Made by a program: the position numbers and the translations under genes. From assembly GCF_032444005.1 (NCBI RefSeq), contig NC_091289.1, positions 9,114,001 through 9,178,000 of the forward strand: 64,000 nucleotides of DNA, read 5' to 3'. Within the stretch, counting starts at the first letter, position 1. Each line of letters opens with the position of its first letter. The notes below the pieces were generated by a model. That model saw nothing but the letters and a program-made list of their open reading frames with translations. It was not told the origin of the DNA and made no database searches. Shown here in pieces: positions 45,335 through 58,127 of this stretch. The stretch comes from Ranitomeya imitator (Eukaryota).

Positions 45335-45815
45335 CAGGTGACACACAGACCGTCCATTACAGCACAGACCCGTGTACACAGGTGACACACAGACCGTCCA
45401 TTACAGCACAGACCCGTGTACACAGGTGACACACAGACCGTCCATTACAGCACAGAGCCGTGTACACAGGTGACACACAGACCGTCCATTACAGCACAGA
45501 CCCGTGTACACAGGTGACACACAGACCGTCCATTACAGCAGAGACCCGTGTACACAGGTGACACACAGACCGTCCATTACAGCACAGAGCCGTGTACACA
45601 GGTGACACACAGACCGTCCATTACAGCAGAGACCCGTGTACACAGGTGACACACAGACCGTCCATTACAGCACAGACCCGTGTACACAGGTGACACACAG
45701 ACCGTCCATTACAGCACAGACCCGTGTACACAGGTGACACACAGACCGTCCATTACAGCAGAGACCCGTGTACACAGGTGACACACAGACCGTCCATTAC
45801 AGCACAGACCCGTGT
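45335..45815. repeat. 44-bp minisatellite, about 11 units, next to the SEC13 exon 2 acceptor
   Basis: Repeated gtgtacacaggtgacacacagaccgtccattacagcacagaccc. Confidence 0.96.
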
Positions 45816-45884
45816 ACCATCAGGGAAAACCCCGCTCCCACTACAACAAGCACTGTGCAGCCGCAGCTCCGCGCAAGTATGCCT

Positions 45885-46205
45885 CCTCACCCGCAGCCCC
45901 GCTTAAGAATGCCGCCTCACCCGCAGCCCCGCTTAAGAATGCCGCCTCACCCGCAGCCCCGCTTAAGAATGCCGCCTCACCCGCAGCCCCGCTTAAGAAT
46001 GCCGCCTCACCCGCAGCCCCGCTTAAGAATGCCGCCTCATCCGCAGCCCCGCTTAAGAATGCCGCCTCATCCGCAGCCCCGCTTAAGAATGCCGCCTCAT
46101 CCGCAGCCCCGCTTAAGAATGCCGCCTCACCCGCAGCCCCATGTAAGAATGCCACCTCACCTGCAGCCCCATGCAAGGATGTCGTCTCACCTGCAGTTCC
46201 ATGTA
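45885..46205. repeat. 30-bp minisatellite, left arm (AATGCCGCCTCACCCGCAGCCCCGCTTAAG)
   Basis: About 10 units, grading into cagccccatgtaagaat at the Tc1 boundary. Confidence 0.95.
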
Positions 46206-46325
46206 TAATGGCTTGCAAAACTTTTCACCCCCTTGGCTTTTTGCCTATTTTGTTACATTACAACCTGTGTTTAAATATTTTTATCACCTGATTTGTGTGT
46301 GATGCATCAGCACTAAATAGTCTAA

Positions 46326-47082
46326 GGGTACCGTCACACTATACCATTTCGATCGCTACGACGGTACGATTCGTGACGTTTCAGCGATATCGTTACGATA
46401 ACGCTGTGTCTGACACGCAGCAGCGATCAGGGATCCTGCTGAGAATCGTACGTCGTAGCAGATCGTTTAGAACTTTCTTTCATCGCTGGATCTCCCGCTG
46501 TCATCGCTGGATCGGTGTGTGTGACACCGATCTAGCGATGCGATCCAGCGATGCGTTCGCTTGTAACCAGGGTAAACATCGGGTAACTAAGCGCAGGACC
46601 GCGCTTAGTAACCCGATGTTTACCCTGGTTACAAGCGTAAAACTAAAAAAAAACAAACAGCACATACTTACATTCTGGTGTCCGTCAGGTCCCTTGCCGT
46701 CTGCTTCCCGCACTGTGACTGCCGGCCGTAAAGTAAAAGCAGAGCACAGCGGCTGTGCTTTCACTTTCACTTTACGGCCGGCAGTCACAGTGCGGGAAGC
46801 AGACGGCAAGGGACCTGACGGACACCAGAATGTAAGTATGTGCTGTTTGTTTTTTTTTAGTTTTACGCTTGTAACCAGGGTAAACATCGGGTTACTAAGC
46901 GCGGTCCTGCGCTTAGTTACCCGATGTTTACCCTGGTTACCCAGGGACCTCGGCATCATTGGTCGCTGGAGAGCTGTCTGTGTGACAGCTCCCCAGCGAC
47001 CACACTACGATTTACCTACGATCACGACCAGGTCATATCGCTGGTCGTGATCGTAGGTAAATCGTATAGTGTGACGGTACCC
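46326..47082. mobile_element. PIF/Harbinger-like MITE of 757 bp nested in the Tc1 element
   Basis: Perfect 14-bp TIR GGGTACCGTCACAC / GTGTGACGGTACCC. TAA duplication at 46323-46325 and 47083-47085. Confidence 0.95.
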
Positions 47083-47324
47083 TAAGTTGGTGAAGTCAGA
47101 AAAATATATGTATAAATTATGTTTATTGGGATCAAATAACTACAAATTGGCATGTGCATATGTATTTACCCGTTTTGCTATGAAGCCCCTAAAACTTTGT
47201 GGTGCAATTACCTTCATAGGACTCAGGAGGACATCCTACGTGTGTCATTGCTGACAGTATATACACTTTACCATTTCAAAAAGGTCACAGATGCTGCAAC
47301 ACCATTAACAAGAGGCATCACTAA

Positions 47325-47860
47325 CCAAACACCACCACGAAGGCCAAGGAGATCTCCAAACACCACCACGAAGACCAATGAGATCTCCAAACACCACCAC
47401 GAAGAACAATGAGATCTCCAAACACCACCACGAAGACCAATGAGATCTCCAAACACCACCACGAAGACCAAGGACATCTCCAAACACCACCACGAAGACC
47501 AAGGAGATCTCCAAACACCACCAAGAAGACCCGTGAGATCTGCAAACACCACCACGAAGACCAATGAGATCTCCCAACAACACCAAGAAGACCAATGAGA
47601 TCTCCAAACACCACGAAGACCAATGAGATCTCGAAACAACACCACGAAGACCAATGAGATCTCCAAACAACACCACGAAGACCAATGAGATCTCCAAACA
47701 ACACCACGAAGACCAATGAGATCTGCAAACACCACAAACACCACGAAGACCAATGAGATCTCCAAACACCACGAAGACCAATGAGATCTCCAAACAACAC
47801 CACACAGAACAATGAGATCTCCAAACACCACCATGAAGAACAAGGAGATCTTCAAACAAG
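47325..47860. repeat. Minisatellite of about 31 bp covering the Tc1 transposase start region
   Basis: Units accaatgagatctccaaacaccaccacgaag match ccaaacaccaccATGaagaacaaggagatcttc at 47821-47853. Confidence 0.92.
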
Positions 47861-48996
47861 TCAGGGACAAAGTCATTGAGAAGTACAAGTCAGGGTTGGG
47901 TTGTAAAAAAATCTCCCAATTTCTGATGATCCACTGGAGTGCCATCAAATCTGTTATCATCAAATGGGAAAAACATGGAACCACAACAAACCTGCCAAGA
48001 GAGGACGCCCACCAAAACGTTCAGCCCGGGCAAGGAGGACATTAATCCGAGGGGCAGCACAGAGACCAAAGGTGACCCTGAAGGAGCTGCAGCGTTCAAC
48101 AGCAGAGACTGGAGCATCTGTCCTTACGACCACAATAAGCCGTACACTCCATAGAGGTGGCCTTTATGGCAGAGTGAGGAGAAAAAAAGCCTTTACTTAT
48201 ACACAAAAACTGTAAGGCTTGTTTTCAGTTTACTAAAAGACATGTGGGAGACTCCCCAAATGTATGGAGGAAGGTTCTGTGGTCACATGAGACCAAAATT
48301 GAGCTCTTTGGCCACCAAGGGAAATGCTGTGTCTGGTGCCAATCCAACGCAGCTCATCACCTCAAGAATATCATCTCCACAGTGAAACATGGTGGCAGCA
48401 TCATGCTGTAAGGATGTTTTCTGGCAGCAGGGACAGGAAAATGGTTTCAGTCAAGGGGAAGATGGAAAGGGCGAAATACAGGGATATTCTTGAGCAGAAC
48501 CTGCTTCAGTTTGTCGGTGATTTGGGACTGGGGCAGAGATTCACCTTCCAACAAGACAAAGACCCAAAGCAAACTGCTAAAGCCACACTCAAGTGGTGTA
48601 AGGGGAAACGTGTGAATGTCCTGGAGCGGCCGAGTCACAGCCCAGACCTGAATCCACTGGAGAACCTGTGGTCAGACGTGAAGACCAGAGGAAACATCTA
48701 ACGTGAAGGAGCTGGAGCAGCGTTCACTTAGGAATGTGAAAAAATCCCAGTGGGAAGATGTGAAAATCTCAGAGACTTATCTAAAGCGACTGCAGCTGTG
48801 ACTGCCGCAAAGGGAGGCTCCACAAAGTACCGACTGTAGGGGGTGAGCAGTTCTGCACACTGAGCGTGTCAGTCATTTTGTCTTATTTGTTGTTTACTTC
48901 ACAATAAAAAGAAAACAAAATGTTCACAAGTGTCGGCATGTTCTTTACATGTACTAATGCAAACCTTCAAAACAATAAATACCACGTTGTGGGGTA

Positions 48997-50240
48997 GCAG
49001 CCCCATGTAAAAATGCTGTATCACCCACAACCCCGTGTAAGAACATTGTATAACCCACAGCCCCATGAAAGAATGTTCTATCGCCCACAGCCCCATGTAA
49101 GAACATTGTATAACACACAGCCCCATGTAAGAACATTGTATAACACACAGCCCCATGTAAGAACATTGTATAACACACAGCCCCATGTAACAACATTGTA
49201 TAACACACAGCCCCATGTAAGAATGTTATATCACCCGCAGCCCCATGTAAGAACATTGTATAACCCACAGCCCCATGTAAGAATGCTGTAACACCCACAA
49301 CCCCATGTAAATGTTCTATCACCCGCAGCCCCATGTAAGAACATTGTATAACCCACATCCCCATGTAAGAATGCTGCATCACCCACAGCCCCATGCAACA
49401 ATGTTATATCACCCGCAGCCCCATGTAAGAACATTGTATAACACACAGCCCCATGTAAGAACATTGTATAACACACAGCCCCATGTAAGAACATTGTATA
49501 ACACACAGCCCCATGTAAGAACATTGTATAACACACAGCCCCATGTAACAACATTGTATAACACACAGCCCCATGTAACAACATTGTATAACACACAGCC
49601 CCATGTAACAACATTGTATAACCCACAGCCCCATGTAACAACATTGTATAACACACAGCCCCATGTAACAACATTGTATAACCCACAGCCCCATGTAACA
49701 ACATTGTATAACACACAGCCCCATGTAAGAATGTTATATCACCCGCAGCCCCATGTAAGAATGTTATATCACCCGCAGCCCCATGTAAGAACGTTGTATC
49801 ACCAGCCTCCCCATGTCACAATGTTCTATCACCCACAGCCCCATGTAAGAACATTGTATAACCCACAGCCCCATGTAATAACGTTGTAGCACCCGCAGCC
49901 CCATGTCACAATGTTCTATCACCCGCAGCCCCATGTAAGAACATTGTATAACCCAGAGCCCCATGTAAGAATGCTGTATCACCCACAGCCCCATGTAATT
50001 GTTCTATCACCCACAGCCCCATGTAACAATGTTCTATCACCCACAGCCCCATGTAAGAACGTTGTATCACCAGCCTCCCCATGTCACAATGTTCTATCAC
50101 CCACAGCCCCATGTAAGAACATTGTATAACCCACAGCCCCATGTAAGAACGTTGTAGCACCCGCAGCCCCATGGCACAATGTTCTATCAACCGCAGCCCC
50201 ATGTCACAATGTTCTATCAACCGCAGCCCCATGTAACAAT
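48997..50240. repeat. 30-bp minisatellite, right arm (CAGCCCCATGTAAGAACATTGTATAACACA)
   Basis: About 41 units, related to the 45885-46205 array. Confidence 0.95.
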
Positions 50241-50559
50241 GTTGTCTCTAATGCAGTCTAAAGATTATATTTCATCTTACAGACAGCACTATGAAAATGA
50301 CTCCTCCCTTGTAGAAAAAATGTATGGCAATCTGCAGTCCTATGTAAACATGTTGTATATACCCCGCAGTCCTAAGTACATTTATCTTGCCTGCACTTTT
50401 ATGTAAATACTGTTATTTGCAGTTCCATGTAAACGTCATACGTTATCCGCAGTCCTATGTAAATGTCAGATGCTGCCCTAAATCCTACGTAAGAATGTAA
50501 CGTCACCTACAGTCCTATGTAAGTATAACACCCTGCCCGCAGTCCTATGCAACAGCAGA

Positions 50560-50850
50560 ACTCGGCTGTGGCCCTGTCCCTCCGGGAGCCGTGGCCCTGT
50601 CCCTCCGGGAGCCCCGGCCTGTCCCTCCCGCCCCCTGCGGCCGCCCGGAGTGTGCACCGCGGGGATGATACGCACCATGGTGCCGCTCCCGGCCGCTGTG
50701 CTCGCCGCCTCTTCGGTGTCTGTCAGACGTGGCAACTCCCGGCGCCTCCAGCAGCACGAAGCACTTCCGGTTCCGGCAGGGCAGAGCGACTTCCGGTCCG
50801 GATAGGGGAAGTTTCCCAAGTACAAAGGTTCCGCGCACAGCTGTGGATGC
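50560..50850 (-). promoter_or_regulatory. SEC13: SEC13 CpG-island promoter and 5' UTR with tandem ETS-type CCGGAAGT sites
   Basis: acttccgg at 50763 and 50789. CpG-dense. Confidence 0.75.
50676..50678 (-). CDS. SEC13: SEC13 exon 1 coding part (ATG only)
   Basis: gcggcacc ATG|gtgcgt: Kozak context directly followed by a donor, inside a CpG island. Joins in frame to VSVIN. Confidence 0.9.
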
Positions 50851-50904
50851 AGAGTCCTGTGTGCACCGTATAATGCGTCCCCAATGCAGTCACCAACAGA
50901 TCAA

Positions 50905-53900
50905 GGGACAGAGGACACCGGGCAGGGGACAGGAGACGGGACAAGGGACAGGAGACACAGGACAAGAGACAGAGTACAAGGGACACAGGACAAGTGACAG
51001 GGGACACAGTACAGGAGACAGAGGAAACAGGACAGGAGACAGGACAGAGGACACAGGGCAGGGGACAGGAGACAGAGGACAGGGGACACAGGACAAGTGA
51101 CAGGACGGGATACAGGACGGGGCAAAGGACAGGAGACAGAGGACAGGGGACACAGGACAAGTGACAGGGGACACAGTACAGGAGACAGAGGAAACAGGAC
51201 AGGGGACAGAAGAGGGGACACAGGACAGGAGACAGGACAGGGGACACAGGACAGGAGACAGAGGAAACAGGACAGGGGACACAGGGCAGGGGACAAGACA
51301 CAGGACAGGGCACACAGGATAGGAGACGGGACACAGGGCAGGGGACAAGAGACGGGACAAGGGACAGGAGACACAGGACAAGAGACGGGACACAGGACAA
51401 GTGACAGGGGACACAGTACAGGAGACAGAGGAAACAGGACAGGGGACACAGGACAGGAGACAGGACAGAGGACACAGGGCAGGGGACAGGAGACAGAGGA
51501 CAGGGGACACAGGACAGGTGACAGGACGGGATACAGGACAGGGGGCAAAGGACAGAGGACAGGGGACACAGGACAAGTGACAGGGGACACAGTACAGGAG
51601 ACAGAGGAAACAGGACAGGGGACATAGGGCAGGAGACAGAAGACGGGACAGGGGACACAGGGCAGGAGACGGGACACAGGACAGGAGACAGGACAGGGGA
51701 CACAGGACAGGAGACAGAGGAAACAGGACAGGGGACACAGGGCAGGAGACAAGACACAGGACAGGGCACACAGGACAGGAGACGGGACACAGGGCAGGGG
51801 ACAAGAGACGGGACAAGGGACAGGAGACACAGGACAAGAGACGGGACACAGGACAAGTGACAGGGGACACAGTACAGGAGACAGAGGAAACAGGACAGGG
51901 GACACAGGACAGGAGACAGGACAGAGGACACAGGGCAGGGGACAGGAGACAGAGGACAGGAGACGGGACACAGGACAGGAGACAGGGGACACAGGAGAAG
52001 TGACAGGGCAGGAGACAGAAGACACAGGACAGGGCACACAGGGCAGGGGACAAGAGACATAGGACAGGAGACGGGACACAGGACAAGTGACAGGGCAGGG
52101 GGCACAGGACAGGAGACAGAGGACAGGGGACACAGGACAAGTGACAGGACAGGAGACAGAGGAAACAGGACAGGGGACACAGGACAGGAGACAGAGAAAA
52201 CAGGACAGGGGACACATGGCAGGAGACAGAAGACGGGACAGGGGACACAGGGCAGGAGACGGGACACAGGACAGGAGACAGATGACAGGGGACACAGGAC
52301 AGGAGACAGGACAGGGGACACAGGACATGAGACAGAGGAAACAGGACAGGGGACACAGGGCAGGAGACAGAAGACACAGGACAGGGCACACAGGACAAGG
52401 GACAGGAGACGGGACACAGGACAAGTGGCAGGGGACACAGGACAGGAGACGGGACACAGGACAAGTGGCAGGGGACACAGGACAGGAGACAGGACAGGGG
52501 GCACAGGACAGAGGACAGGGGACACAGGACAAGTGACAGGGGACACAGGACAGGAGACAGAGGAAACAGGACAGGGGACACAGGACAGGAGACAGATGAC
52601 AGGGAACACAGGACAGGAGACAGAGGACACAGGACAAGTGACAGAGGACAGGGAGGCAGGAAACAGGACAGGGGACAAAAGGCGGGACACAGGGCAGGAG
52701 ACAGAGGACACAGGACAAGTGACAGGGGACACCGGACAGGAGACAGAGGAAACAGGACAGGGGACACAGGACAGGAGACGGGACAAGGGACAGTAGACAC
52801 AGGACAGGAGACAGGACAAGTGACGGGACACAGGACAAGTGACAGAGGACAGGGGACACAGGACAGGAGACAGGGGAAACAGGACAGGGGAAACAGGAGA
52901 CAGAGGAAACAGGACAGGGAACCCAGGGCAGAAGACGGGACAGGGGACACAGGACAGGAGGCAAGGGACAGAGGACACAGGGCAGGGGACAGGAGACAGG
53001 ACAGGGGACACAGGACAGGAGGCAGATGACAGGGGACACAGGACAATTGACAGGGGACACAGGACAGGAGACAGAGAAAACAGGACAGGGGGCACAGGGC
53101 AGGGGACAGGAGACGGGACAGAGGACAGGAGACAGAGGGCAGGAGACGGGACACAGGACAGGAGACAGAGGACAGGGGACACAGGACAAGTGACAGGACA
53201 CAGGGCAGGAGACAGAGGAAACCGGACAGGGGACACAGGGTAGGAGACAAGGGACAGAGGACACAGGGCAGGGGACAGGAGACGGGATAGGGGACACAGG
53301 GCAGAGGACATAGGTCACAGGACAGGAGACAGAGGACAAGGGACAGGAGACGGGACACGTCAGGGGACACAGGACAAATGACTGGACACAGGGCAGGGGA
53401 CACAGGACAAATGACGGGACATGTGACAGAGGACAGGACAAAGGACACAGGGCAGGGGATAGAGGTCACAGGACAAGTGACAGAGGACAGGAGACAAGGG
53501 ACAGAGGACACAGGGCAGGGGACACAGTACAGGAGACAGATGACAAGGGACAGGGGACACAGGACAGGAGACAGAGAAAACAGGACAGGGGACACAGGGC
53601 AGGGGACAGGAGACAGGACAAGTGACAGGGGACACAGGACAGAGGACAGGGGACACAGGACAAGTGACAGGACAGGAGACAGAGGAAACCGGACAGGGGA
53701 CACAGGGTAGGAGACAAGGGACAGAGGACACAGGGCAGGGGACAGGAGACGGGATAGGGGACACAGGGCAGAGGACATAGGTCACAGGACAGGAGACGGG
53801 ACAAGTGACGGGACACGTCAGGGGACACAGGACAAATGACTGGATACAGGGCAGGAGACGGGACACAGGGCAGGGAACACAGGACAAATGACAGGGGACA

Positions 53901-54005
53901 TGTGACAGAGGACAGGACACAGGGCAGGGGACAGAGGTCACAGAACAAGTGACAGAGGACAGGAGACACAGGACAGGGGACAGAGGTCAGAGGACACAGG
54001 ACAGG
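50905..54005. repeat. 3.1-kb purine-rich low-complexity satellite (GACAGG/GGACAC/GACAG units) with higher-order duplications
   Basis: The + strand is nearly devoid of T. Source of the spurious 846-962 aa Cys/Pro ORFs. Confidence 0.95.
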
Positions 54006-54008
54006 TCT

Positions 54009-54290
54009 GAGGACACGAGAACCAAAATAGTTGAACAATATCCACAATCTCAAGGTTACAAGTCCGTCTCCAGAGATCTTGATGTTTCTTTGTCCACAGC
54101 GCCCAACATAATCAATAAGTTTACAACCCATGGCACTGTAGCTAATCTCCCTGGACGTGGAATGAAAAATTGATGAAAAGTTGTAAGGCAGGACAGTCCG
54201 GATGGTGGCTAAGCCCCAATCAAGTTCCAAAGAAATCCAAGCTGTCCTGCAGGCCCAGGGGGCATCAGTGTCAGCGCAAACTTCTGATAT
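54009..54290 (+). mobile_element. Tc1-like transposase N-terminal fragment
   Basis: EDTRTKIVEQYPQSQGYKSVSRDLDVSLSTAPNIINKFTTHGTVANLPGRG: paired-like HTH domain plus the GRPR-like motif. Confidence 0.85.
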
Positions 54291-54965
54291 AGTTCTTATT
54301 AATCAGATTGACAGCTGCTAATAGACAATCACATCCCCACTTATTATATCTAGTTATATCATGCACTTCACTGCTTTAGACTTGATGGTGCAGTGATATT
54401 TATTATTGATTTCATGCACTGGCACTTTATCAGGTTTCACAAAAATATCAAGTTTCCATTTGCACTTAATTGCCAGCCATGGTGTTTATTACAATTATTA
54501 CAATCCTGCATTTCCCTGGGGTGTGATGATTGATTATTATGTGCATTGAGTCAGGTTGTGGCTATTTCTCTGACCCTTCATTGTATCTTTTACTTTAATT
54601 CATTGTTGTCAGTTGATTCTGCATGTTATTTCTATGCTGGATTGTTGCAGGGGTTGCCAGGTTTTACTATTATCCATCTGACTTTTGTTGTTAGTTTGTT
54701 TCACTTTTCAGTATCCCCCTGTTATTATGGTCGCGCACCCCCCCCCCCCTGTATTTCTGCCTGGTGTCCAGCAGGGGTCTTTCCATCTATTAATATCCCA
54801 GCAGTGTCAGGTTTTCCAGTTACTTCCAAAGAGGGGACAGCAAACACAATCCCCTCACCCCCGCATGACTCTCGTCGCCATATTTTCTCCGTACAGGGGT
54901 CAAAAGTTGCAGCCCCCGTGTCCCCCTGCGATTCCCTGTAGACTGGCTGCAGTGCTGCTGTCACC

Positions 54966-55033
54966 ATGAGCAATGTCACCTATCATATCTCCAGCCTGCT
55001 GGAGAAGATGACTTCCAGTGACAAGGACTTCAG
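54966..55033 (+). CDS. CAND2: CAND2 first coding exon (MSNVTYHISSLLEKMTSSDKDF-R)
   Basis: caccATGa start and ag|gtgagg donor. 68 nt. HISS resembles CAND2 (CAND1 has HISN). Confidence 0.93.
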
Positions 55034-55529
55034 GTGAGGAGGGGGCCTGGACGGAACCGGAGGGCAGGGGATCTATGTAGGATTACATCTATGGAGATAA
55101 ATGCTACACCCTCCGATCAGTCATCGGGAAATAATGGGGGCACAGGTGCTCGCCATTCCTACGGGACCCCACCGCACGTTCCTGGATTTCATTTATTCTG
55201 AAGACATTTTTATAGCAATGACCCTTTAAGTAGAGAACTGATTGCCAAGTAGACGGAATTCCGCAAGACAAAAATGCCCGCCGTATAATCGTGCAGGAGC
55301 ATTATAATGAGATATTAATGTATATAGAGGTCCTCAGTGCTGGAGATACCTGGTCAGGGGGGTGGGGAGATTTCCGCACTTCTGATCCGTCACCCGGTTT
55401 ACGTATATAAACTACAGTTCAGGTTTCCATGGCTGATCACAGAGAACACTAGATACCATTCAATGATAAAATGTAGGGCACGTGGCCTGGAGATATTGGA
55501 TTTTACACTTTTTCTGCTTCCTGTTAAAG

Positions 55530-55673
55530 GTTCATGGCCACAAATGACCTGATGGTGGAGCTGCAGAAGGACTCCATCAAGTTAGATGAGGACAGCGAGC
55601 GGAGGGTGGTGAAAATGCTGCTGAAGCTGCTGGAAGACAAAAATGGAGAGGTGCAGAACTTAGCAGTGAAATG
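55530..55673 (+). CDS. CAND2: CAND2 coding exon 2 ([24 protein letters not shown]...EVQNLAVK-C)
   Basis: 144 nt, GT-AG bounded. Confidence 0.95.
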
Positions 55674-55789
55674 GTGAGAGAGGTGTGGGGACCCAGTGAC
55701 CCTCCTGTTCATTGTCTGTAAAATTCATCACTTCCCCATCAGCTCCTAAACATCATTCATGGTCTTCATACACTTCTACCATTATTGTC

Positions 55790-57610
55790 TACACTACTTT
55801 CACAGTTGAGGTCACTCTATCTCCAGTTCTCCACCATACATTCACAGTTGAGGTCCCTCTATCTCCAGTTCTCCACCATACATTCACAGTTGAGGTCCCT
55901 CTATCTCCAGTTCTCCACCATACATTCACAGTTGAGGTCCCTCTATCTCCAGTTCTCCACCATACATTCACAGTTGAGGTCCCTCTATCTCCAGTTCTCC
56001 ACCATACATTCATAGTTGAGGTTCCTCCATCTCCAGGTCCCCACCATACATTCACAGTTGAAGTCTCTTTATCTCCAAGTTCTCACCATACATTCACAAT
56101 TGAGGTCCCTCTATCTCCAGTTCTCCACTATACATTCACAGTTGAGGCCCCTCTATCTCCCGTTCTCCACCATACATTCACAGTTGAGGTCCCTCTATCT
56201 CCAGTTCTCCACCATACATTCATAGTTGAGGTCCCTCTATCTCCAAGTTCTCACCATACATTCACAAATGAGGTCCCTCTATCTCCAGTTCTCCACCATA
56301 CATTCACAGTTGAGGTCCCTCTATCTCCAGTTCTCCACCATACATTCACAGTTGAGGTCCCTCTATCTCCAGTTCTCCACCATACATTCACAGTTGAGAC
56401 CCCTCTATCTCCCGTTCTCCACCATACATTCACAGTTGAGGTCCCTCTATCTCCAGTTCTCCACCATACATTCATAGTTGAGGTCCCTCTATCTCCAAGT
56501 TCTCACCATACATTCACAAATGAGGTCCCTCTATCTCCAGTTCTCCACCATACATTCACAGTTGAGGTCCCTCCGTCTCCAGTTCTCCACCATACATTCA
56601 CAGTTGAGGTCCCTCTATCTCCAGTTCTCCACCATACATTCACAGTTGAGGTCCCTCTATCTCCCGTTCTCCACCATACATTTATAGTTGAGGTCCCTCT
56701 ATCTCCAGGTCCCCACCATACATTCACAGTTGAGGTCACTCTATCTCCAGTTCTCCACCATACATTCACAGTTGAGGTCCCTCTATCTCCAGTTCTCCAC
56801 CATACATTCACAGTTGAGGTCCCTCTATCTCCAGTTCTCCACCATACATTCACAGTTGAGGTCCCTCTATCTCCAGTTCTCCACCATACATTCACAGTTG
56901 AGGTCCCTCTATCTCCCATTCTCCACCATACATTCATAGTTGAGGTTCCTCTATCTCCAGGTCCCCACCATACATTCACAGTTGAGATCCCTCTGTCTCC
57001 AGTTCTCCAACATACATTCATAGTTGAGGTCCCTCTATCTCCAAGATCCCACCATACATTCACAGTTGAAGTCTCTTTATCTCCAAGTTCTCACCATACA
57101 TTCACAATTGAGGTCCCTCTATCTCCAGTTCTCCACTATACATTCACAGTTGAGGCCCCTCTATCTCCCGTTCTCCACCATACATTCATAGTTGAAGTCC
57201 CTCTATCTCCAAGTTCTCACCATACATTCACAGTTGAGGTCCCTCTATCTCCAGTTCTCCACCATACATTCATAGTTGAGGTCCCTCTATCTCCAAGTTC
57301 TCACCATACATTCACAATTGAGGTTCCTCTATCTCCAGTTCTCCACCATACATTCACAGTTGAGGTCCCTCTATCTCCAGTTCTCCACCATACATTCACA
57401 GTTGAGGTCCCTCTATCTCCAGTTCTCCACCATACATTCACAGATGAGGTCCCTCTATCTCCAGTTCTCCACCATACATTCACAGTTGAGGTCCCTCTAT
57501 CTCCAAGTTCTCACCATACATTCACAAATGAGGTCCCTCTATCTCCAAGTTCCCACCATATATTTATAGTTGAGGTCCATCTATCTCTAGTTCTCCACTA
57601 TACATTCACA
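55790..57610. repeat. 42-bp minisatellite, about 43 units, in CAND2 intron 2
   Basis: Repeated cacagttgaggtccctctatctccagttctccaccatacatt. Source of the spurious 685-aa ORF. Confidence 0.97.
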
Positions 57611-57743
57611 GTTATTGAGGTTCTACAAGCCCCACATGTAAAGGATAACCAATCAGTTACACATTCTATGGCTTTTTCATGCCTCCATATTTACTCTATT
57701 CCTGATTTTGAATGTTGGTTTGGACTCCCATGGCTTTCTGCAG

Positions 57744-57898
57744 CCTTGGACCTCTGGTGGGAAAAGTGAAGGAGCATCAGGTGGAGATGATCGTGGATAC
57801 TCTGTGCAGTAACATGCTATCCGAGAAGGAACAGCTGAGAGATATCTGCAGCATCGGACTAAAGACTGTTATACTGGAACTTCCCGCAGCAACCTCAG
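57744..57898 (+). CDS. CAND2: CAND2 coding exon 3 ([24 protein letters not shown]...LPAATS-G)
   Basis: 155 nt, GT-AG bounded. Confidence 0.95.
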
Positions 57899-58127
57899 GT
57901 ACACGCTGGGGCACAATGGAGAAAATTGGGAAACATCAGAGGAGAGACATAGACTATTGGTGATGTAACTCTGGGTCACTAATGTACACAGTGGCTGCAC
58001 CAGCAGAATAGTGAGTGCAGCTCTGGAGTATAATACAGGATGTAACTCAGGATCAGTAATGTAATGTATGTACACAGTGACTGCACCAGCAGAATAGTGA
58101 GTGCAGCTCTGGAGTATAATACAGGAG

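Larger units (their letters stand above)
46206..48990 (+). mobile_element. Near-full-length decayed Tc1-like transposon; frameshifted transposase at about 47833-48830; right end approximate
   Basis: Tc1-like left end ta|taatggcttgcaaaacttttcacccccttgg. Peptides MKNKEIFKQVRDKVIEKYKSG, GRPPK, FTFQQDKDPKQTAK and SPDLNPLENLW. Confidence 0.92.

Noticed and set aside
50723-53941. Cys/Pro/Val ORFs of 846-962 aa
   Set aside because: The complement of a T-poor purine tract has few stop codons. No real protein signature.
55712-57769. 685-aa mucin-like ORF (TFTVEVPLSPVLHH repeats)
   Set aside because: 42-bp in-frame minisatellite. CAND2 exons 2 and 3 join in phase without it.
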